Source: Pontiella sp. (GTDB lineage: Bacteria; Verrucomicrobiota; Kiritimatiellia; Kiritimatiellales; Pontiellaceae). From it: a stretch of 64,000 nucleotides of DNA. The stretch is taken from NCBI GenBank assembly GCA_050290185.1, contig JBNKHE010000003.1, forward strand, positions 32,001-96,000. The letters are read 5' to 3'. Position 1 is the first letter of the stretch; each line of letters begins with the position of its first letter. Below, in pieces: positions 58,965-64,000 of the stretch. Below the pieces are notes generated by a model, which searched no databases, was not told the DNA's origin, and saw only the letters and a program-made list of their open reading frames with translations. Both the position numbers and the translations under genes were made by a program.

Positions 58965-60416
58965 ATGTTTTTGAGAAGGGGACGTTTGAGAAGAGACATC
59001 GTCAGTATTGATTCAAATGAGCGGCAACCGAAGTTCTATCGTCGGTTCGCGCTGAATGCCATGGCCATCGCGGTGGCGGATGCCATCGTATTGGCATGTG
59101 TGTTGTGCCTGGCGAACCTCATGTTGCTATGGATACGGGACATTCCTTTTTCCATTACATACGGATTCCTGATTATCCCGCTCTGGACGGTCGCATCGAT
59201 GATTGCGCGCCTTCTTCCGGGATGGGGCCTGGGCGTGGTGGATGAACTCAGGAAGACCCAGGGCACCCTGTTTGTCATGTTCGTTACCTTGCTGCTCGTA
59301 TCGTTCTTTACGAAAAAAACGGTGGCTGGAAGCAGTCGTATCATCTTCATTGCGACCTACCTGTTCAGTGCTGCCTTCATTCCTTTTGCCCGCGCATTCA
59401 CGCGGGGCACCCTCATTCGTCTGGGCCTGTGGGGGATTCCGGTTTCGATCTATGGCGATGCCGATTCCGTTTCCACCGTGATTGAGGCGTTGAGAGCGGA
59501 GAAGGGCCTTGGGTATATTCCGGCAGCGGTCTTTAGCAACGAGGTCCCGCAGGGCAATGTGATCAATGGCGTCTCGGTGCTTGGGCATTTGCGCAATACA
59601 ACCTATCGAACTCCGGTGGCCATCATGGCGTTGGCACAGGCATCGCGGCACCAGCTGATCGATACACTGGAAGGACCGTTGGAAGTCTATCGCAGAGTGA
59701 TACTGATTCCCGACCTGAAGGAAGCGCCCTCGCTGTGGGTGGTGCCGCGGGACCTGCAGGGCATCCTCGGACTGGAGATTACCAAGAACCTGCTCAATCC
59801 GTTTGCCCGGATCTTTAAGCGTACCATCGATCTGCTGCTGGTAGGTGTGACGGCTCCGCTCTGGGCGCCGTTGATGATTCTGCTCTATGTGATGATATGG
59901 ATGGAGGACCGTCATAATCCGATGTTCCTGCAGCCGCGGGTCGGGCGCGGGGGAGGGACCTTCCGTACCGCCAAGTTCCGCACCATGGTGCCCAATGCGG
60001 AAAAAGTTTTACAGCAGGCCTTGAAAAAAGATCCGGTTCTGCGTGCCGAGTGGGAGGCCAATTTCAAGTTGAGGAGGGATCCCCGCATTACCAAGGTCGG
60101 AAATCTCCTGCGCAAAACCTCGTTGGATGAAATTCCCCAGCTGTTGAACGTAATACGGGGGACCATGTCGCTGGTGGGACCGCGACCGTTGCCGGCCTAC
60201 CACTTCAACGACCTGCCCGAGCAGGTTCGATTCCTGCGGCACAAGGTCCAGCCGGGCATTACCGGATTGTGGCAGGTTTCCGGTCGTAGCGAGGCCGGTA
60301 CCGAAGGCATGGAAAAGTGGGATCCGTACTATGTTCGCAACTGGTCGATCTGGCTCGATATCGTGATCATTGCGCGAACGTTCAAGGCGGTCTGCCGCGC
60401 CCATGGGGCTTATTAG
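58965..60416 (+). CDS. wbaP: Initiating undecaprenyl-phosphate hexose-1-phosphate transferase (WbaP/WcaJ family)
   Basis: KRTID, KFRTM, DPRITKVG..LRKTSLDEIPQL, MSLVGPRP, PGITGLWQVSGR. Confidence 0.9.
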   Translation: MFLRRGRLRRDIVSIDSNERQPKFYRRFALNAMAIAVADAIVLACVLCLANLMLLWIRDIPFSITYGFLIIPLWTVASMIARLLPGWGLGVVDELRKTQGTLFVMFVTLLLVSFFTKKTVAGSSRIIFIATYLFSAAFIPFARAFTRGTLIRLGLWGIPVSIYGDADSVSTVIEALRAEKGLGYIPAAVFSNEVPQGNVINGVSVLGHLRNTTYRTPVAIMALAQASRHQLIDTLEGPLEVYRRVILIPDLKEAPSLWVVPRDLQGILGLEITKNLLNPFARIFKRTIDLLLVGVTAPLWAPLMILLYVMIWMEDRHNPMFLQPRVGRGGGTFRTAKFRTMVPNAEKVLQQALKKDPVLRAEWEANFKLRRDPRITKVGNLLRKTSLDEIPQLLNVIRGTMSLVGPRPLPAYHFNDLPEQVRFLRHKVQPGITGLWQVSGRSEAGTEGMEKWDPYYVRNWSIWLDIVIIARTFKAVCRAHGAY

Positions 60417-60570
60417 TTGTTCGTTGATTGTTGTTAGGTTTTCGCGAAGCTTTGCTTGCATTCTGCGCATTATCCGTGAAACCCGTCACTTGACAACGCC
60501 CAACAGATGCACGGACTTCCCAGCCCCGGCAACTATCATTCATCAATCAACAACCGATGCCCGTAGCACC

Positions 60571-62493
60571 TCACGTATTCGGATAGTCGATGATAGTTTG
60601 ACGGTAGGCCTGGGGCTGGCCGACGTCGAACCGCTTGCCCTTGACGCGACAACCGACAAATCCCTCTTCCTGTCTCAGTTTATCGAGGCATGACGTTAGC
60701 TGGAACTCGCCGCCTTCGCGCATGCTCCGGCTGATGTTTTCTTCCAGCAACTGGAAGATGCGCGGTGTGAGGATGTACTGACCGAAAATGGTCAGGTAGT
60801 GATCGTCCTTTACATCCTGCGTCATCAGATGCTCGCGCGCATAGTCCACTGACGGCTTTTCGGCAAATTCCGTAATGGAAAGGAGGCTTCCTCTCTCCTC
60901 CCACAGACCGGTAACGCAACCAAAGCGTTTTACTTCCTCCTCCGGTGTTTCCTGCACCCCGACAACGCTCCGTCCGGTCCGTTCGTAGATATCCATCAAC
61001 TGTTGGATGCACGAGGTATCGGTGTCCGAAGCGAACAGATGGTCGCCCAGTACGAGCATAAAGGGTTCGTTCCCGACCCAGTCTTTCGCGCAATGCACGG
61101 CGTGGCCGAAACCTTCCTGCGATTCCTGGATCAGGAAGGTCACCTTGCTCCCGATATCCATGATGTGCTGCATGTAGCGCTGGTCCTCTTTCGAGAGCTT
61201 GTTGACGTGCTCCACCGCCATCTGCCGGTGGAAGAATTCCTCGAACATTTCCCGGTCGGCCGGCTGGACGATGATGCCCACTTCCTCGATGCCGGTGTTG
61301 AGCACCTGTTCGACGATTGCCATGATGACGGGCTTGGCCCGGCCGTCGCGGTCGATAATCGGGAACATTTCCTTCTTGAGTGTTTTGGTTGCCGGGTAGA
61401 GCTGGTTGCCGAAGCCGGCGGCTGGAATCACGGCCTTGCGGAGGCGGTTGACCGATTCGATATCGAGTTTCATGCAGGGCATCTTCAGATCCCGTTCGAT
61501 GATTTCGATGACCCGGTCCTGCGCATCGCCGTCCTTTACGAGAAACTGGGCGGTACCGTCGCCCTGCGAGCCGACGCCCTTTCCTCCGAGAATGTAGGGT
61601 TGGATCGGTTCGTATGCCAGCAGCTTGTGCAATACGGGGGAGGTGAGCTGCGACGGGCAGGCGGGCTGCAGATGTTCATCGAATTTGGCCTGCGCTTCCG
61701 TCATCAGTTTACCGAGGGTTTCAGCGTCACCGTTTCGGACGGCAACCGAGGCCCGGGCGTTGAGGTCGGCGTTGATCGGTCCCAGATAGTCCTGCACCTT
61801 TTGCTGCAGTTCATTGTCCGCGAAAGGATAGCACTTGTTCAGCTTGGAGAGAATTTCCTTGGTGTCCTTGAAGGCCTTGAGGTCGACGATGACGTAATGG
61901 AGCGTTTTCGGGACATTTATTTCCTCGACGTCGAGCCGGTCGCCATCGAAGGTCATCATGACGGGGCGGTTGCCGTAGGCGCATCCCTGATCGAGCCGGC
62001 CGCAGCGCGAGGGGGTGGTGATCTCGCCGAGATAGGCATATTCCATTTCACCGCGCACCGTCATCTTCAGGTCGTAGACGCGGTTGAACGCACGTGCAAC
62101 CAGCACGCAGATGGCCGCAGAGGAAGAGAGCCCCTTCTGGACGGGCAGGTCGGTAAGATCGTTGTCGATCTCGAGGCCGCGCACGCGGTAGTGGGTAAGG
62201 ATCTGATAGGCGACGCCGGCGGCATAACTGGCAAAACCGCCTTTCATGGCCTCTTCCAGCAGGGCTTCGCGCTCCATCGGCAGTTCGATCGGTTCTTTCC
62301 GCGTTCCGTCTTCGAAGGCGGCTTTGAGGATCAGCTTGTCGGGGTGCGGTTTGACCTCGGCGTACAGCCCCTGGTTGGTGCCTACGATGAGCGCGCAGCC
62401 TTTCTCGATATCGGCGTTGATGCGGCGGTATCCTCCCGCCCAGTCTGAATGTTCCCCGAACAGACAGATTCGTCCCGGTACAAAAATCTTCAT
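60571..62493 (-). CDS. GHMP sugar kinase fused to a GalU-like nucleotidyltransferase
   Basis: PGRICLFGEHSD, LPVQKGLSSSAA, CGRLDQ; then KAVIPAAGFG, KEMFPI, GFGHAV, EKP, GEFQLT. Confidence 0.9.
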   Translation of the reverse strand: MKIFVPGRICLFGEHSDWAGGYRRINADIEKGCALIVGTNQGLYAEVKPHPDKLILKAAFEDGTRKEPIELPMEREALLEEAMKGGFASYAAGVAYQILTHYRVRGLEIDNDLTDLPVQKGLSSSAAICVLVARAFNRVYDLKMTVRGEMEYAYLGEITTPSRCGRLDQGCAYGNRPVMMTFDGDRLDVEEINVPKTLHYVIVDLKAFKDTKEILSKLNKCYPFADNELQQKVQDYLGPINADLNARASVAVRNGDAETLGKLMTEAQAKFDEHLQPACPSQLTSPVLHKLLAYEPIQPYILGGKGVGSQGDGTAQFLVKDGDAQDRVIEIIERDLKMPCMKLDIESVNRLRKAVIPAAGFGNQLYPATKTLKKEMFPIIDRDGRAKPVIMAIVEQVLNTGIEEVGIIVQPADREMFEEFFHRQMAVEHVNKLSKEDQRYMQHIMDIGSKVTFLIQESQEGFGHAVHCAKDWVGNEPFMLVLGDHLFASDTDTSCIQQLMDIYERTGRSVVGVQETPEEEVKRFGCVTGLWEERGSLLSITEFAEKPSVDYAREHLMTQDVKDDHYLTIFGQYILTPRIFQLLEENISRSMREGGEFQLTSCLDKLRQEEGFVGCRVKGKRFDVGQPQAYRQTIIDYPNT

Positions 62494-62597
62494 GTTATGA
62501 TCCCCTTGAGAAGATTATTTATTTGCATGGAATCCACGAACTTGGAAGCCTAAAATCCAAAACCAATTGACCGAGGTAAGTTTGCAGGAGTTGTGAA

Positions 62598-63851
62598 ATG
62601 GCACTATTGATTCAGAATGTACGACTGGGCGACGAAGAAACCGATGTGCTGATCGAAGGGAATCGGTTTGCATCCATTCAAAAGAACATCAACACCGGCG
62701 CTGAACAGGTGATTGACGGGCGGGGGAAGGCCCTGCTGCCGACCTTTGTAAACATGCATACGCATGCTGCGATGACTTTGCTGCGCAGCTATGCCGACGA
62801 TCTGGAACTGCACGATTGGCTGACGAACTATATCTGGCCGGTGGAATCGCAGTTGTCGGAAGAGGATATCTACCATGGTGCGCGTCTGGCCTGTTTGGAA
62901 ATGATCAAGTCAGGGACCACCTGTTTCAACGATATGTACTGGCACTTCCACGGGACCGCGCGGGCGGTCGAGGAGATGGGGCTGCGTGCGATGCTGTCGT
63001 CCGTATTTATTGATTTCAGTGACGAGGAAAAGGCCGCTGAACAACGCAAGTCGACGAAGATGTTGTTTTATAAGGAAGTGGACTCCTATTCCGACCGGAT
63101 CAGTTTTGCACTGGGCCCGCATGCCCTTTACTCGGTCTCTGAGGCATCGTTGCGCTGGATCCGCGATTTTGCCGGGGAAAATGATCTTTTGATCCATATC
63201 CATGTGTCGGAAACCGTGAAGGAAGTCGAGGACTGCCTTGCCCAGTACGGTTTGCGTCCGGTGCAATGGCTGGATAAAATCGGTCTGCTGGGGCCCAATG
63301 TGATTGCCGCTCACGTAGTGCACGTAAACCATGCGGAGATTGGCATCCTCGCCCAGCGCGGCGTGAAAGTGGTTCATAATCCGGTTTCCAACATGAAGCT
63401 GGCTTCGGGCAGTTTCCCGTACGGGAAAATGGTGGCCCGTGGTGTGGACGTGTTGCTGGGGACGGATGGTTGCTCTTCCAACAACAACCTCGACATGATG
63501 GAGGAGATGAAGGTGGCCACGCTTCATGCCAAGCTGTTGCTGGACGATCCGACTGCGCTACCCACGAAAACCGTGTTCGACATGGCGACGGTTAACGGAG
63601 CCAGGGCGCTGGGGCTGGATTGCGGCGAGATCGCCGAGGGCAAGCTGGCGGATTGCATGCTGGTTGATCTTTCAAACCACCGTCTGGTGCCCGGTTATCA
63701 CCTGATCGATGACATAGTCTACAGCGCCGACAGTTCCTGCATCGACACGGTCATATGCGATGGACGCATTCTCATGCAAAACGGACGCGTCGGGGGGGAA
63801 GCGGAAATTGTGGCCGAGGCCCGCCGCTATGCAGAACGTTTCAAACGGTAG
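62598..63851 (+). CDS. mtaD: 5-methylthioadenosine/SAH deaminase-type amidohydrolase
   Basis: NMHTHAAMTLLR, HIHVSET, HNPVSNMKLASG, GTDGCSSNNNLD. Confidence 0.85.
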   Translation: MALLIQNVRLGDEETDVLIEGNRFASIQKNINTGAEQVIDGRGKALLPTFVNMHTHAAMTLLRSYADDLELHDWLTNYIWPVESQLSEEDIYHGARLACLEMIKSGTTCFNDMYWHFHGTARAVEEMGLRAMLSSVFIDFSDEEKAAEQRKSTKMLFYKEVDSYSDRISFALGPHALYSVSEASLRWIRDFAGENDLLIHIHVSETVKEVEDCLAQYGLRPVQWLDKIGLLGPNVIAAHVVHVNHAEIGILAQRGVKVVHNPVSNMKLASGSFPYGKMVARGVDVLLGTDGCSSNNNLDMMEEMKVATLHAKLLLDDPTALPTKTVFDMATVNGARALGLDCGEIAEGKLADCMLVDLSNHRLVPGYHLIDDIVYSADSSCIDTVICDGRILMQNGRVGGEAEIVAEARRYAERFKR

Positions 63852-63852
63852 A

Positions 63853-63930
63853 ATCAGCTATGCACTGAAGCATCCCGAAATGAAGGCGTCGCTTCGCGCA
63901 TATTTGCAGGAGCGGGTGAAGACTTTTTAG
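63853..63930 (+). pseudogene. Possible orphan 3' fragment of galU
   Basis: Start-less frame ISYALKHPEMKASLRAYLQERVKTF* resembles the GalU C-terminal helix. Confidence 0.45.
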
Positions 63931-64000
63931 AGATTGGCGTGATGCCGTCGTCGTGACGGGCATCGGTCGACCGGGTTTTGCTTTCAGCCTGGATCAAAAG

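Overview
Bacterial window, probably PVC superphylum and Kiritimatiellota/Pontiella-like; this is an inference from gene content, a PEP-CTERM gene and a recurring C-terminal module. 1-10.6 kb: secreted carbohydrate-active proteins (SGNH esterase, Kelch-SSS transporter, PL9-like/DUF1961 fusion, GH43 remnant, GH51). 10.9-17.2 kb: waaA, M50 protease, SahR-like regulator with ahcY, GbsR-like regulator and an RfaH-like NusG paralog. 17.3-60.4 kb: a ~43 kb, + strand, sulfated surface-polysaccharide locus (glmS, SLC13, cysQ/D/NC, rfbB, gmd, fcl, wzx, wzy, three sulfotransferase-like genes, many glycosyltransferases, ligase, wbaP). It is followed by a GHMP kinase-GalU fusion and mtaD. The most striking structure is in that locus. 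Four intact four-helix-bundle (23S-IVP/Avd-like) genes and one decayed copy are each bracketed by their own family of 7-9 bp degenerate tandem repeats, usually in inverted orientation. The same repeat families recur as gene-less inverted pairs between genes and as about 25 frame-preserving insertions inside 10 biosynthetic genes, sometimes with palindromic REP-like units nested in them. Also found: two hairpin+GGGCGGCAGCC (ops/JUMPStart-like) elements, a PEP-CTERM versus alternative C-terminal module swap between tandem paralogs, and a cryptic IS4 remnant. Family assignments come from motif recognition only; no searches were run.
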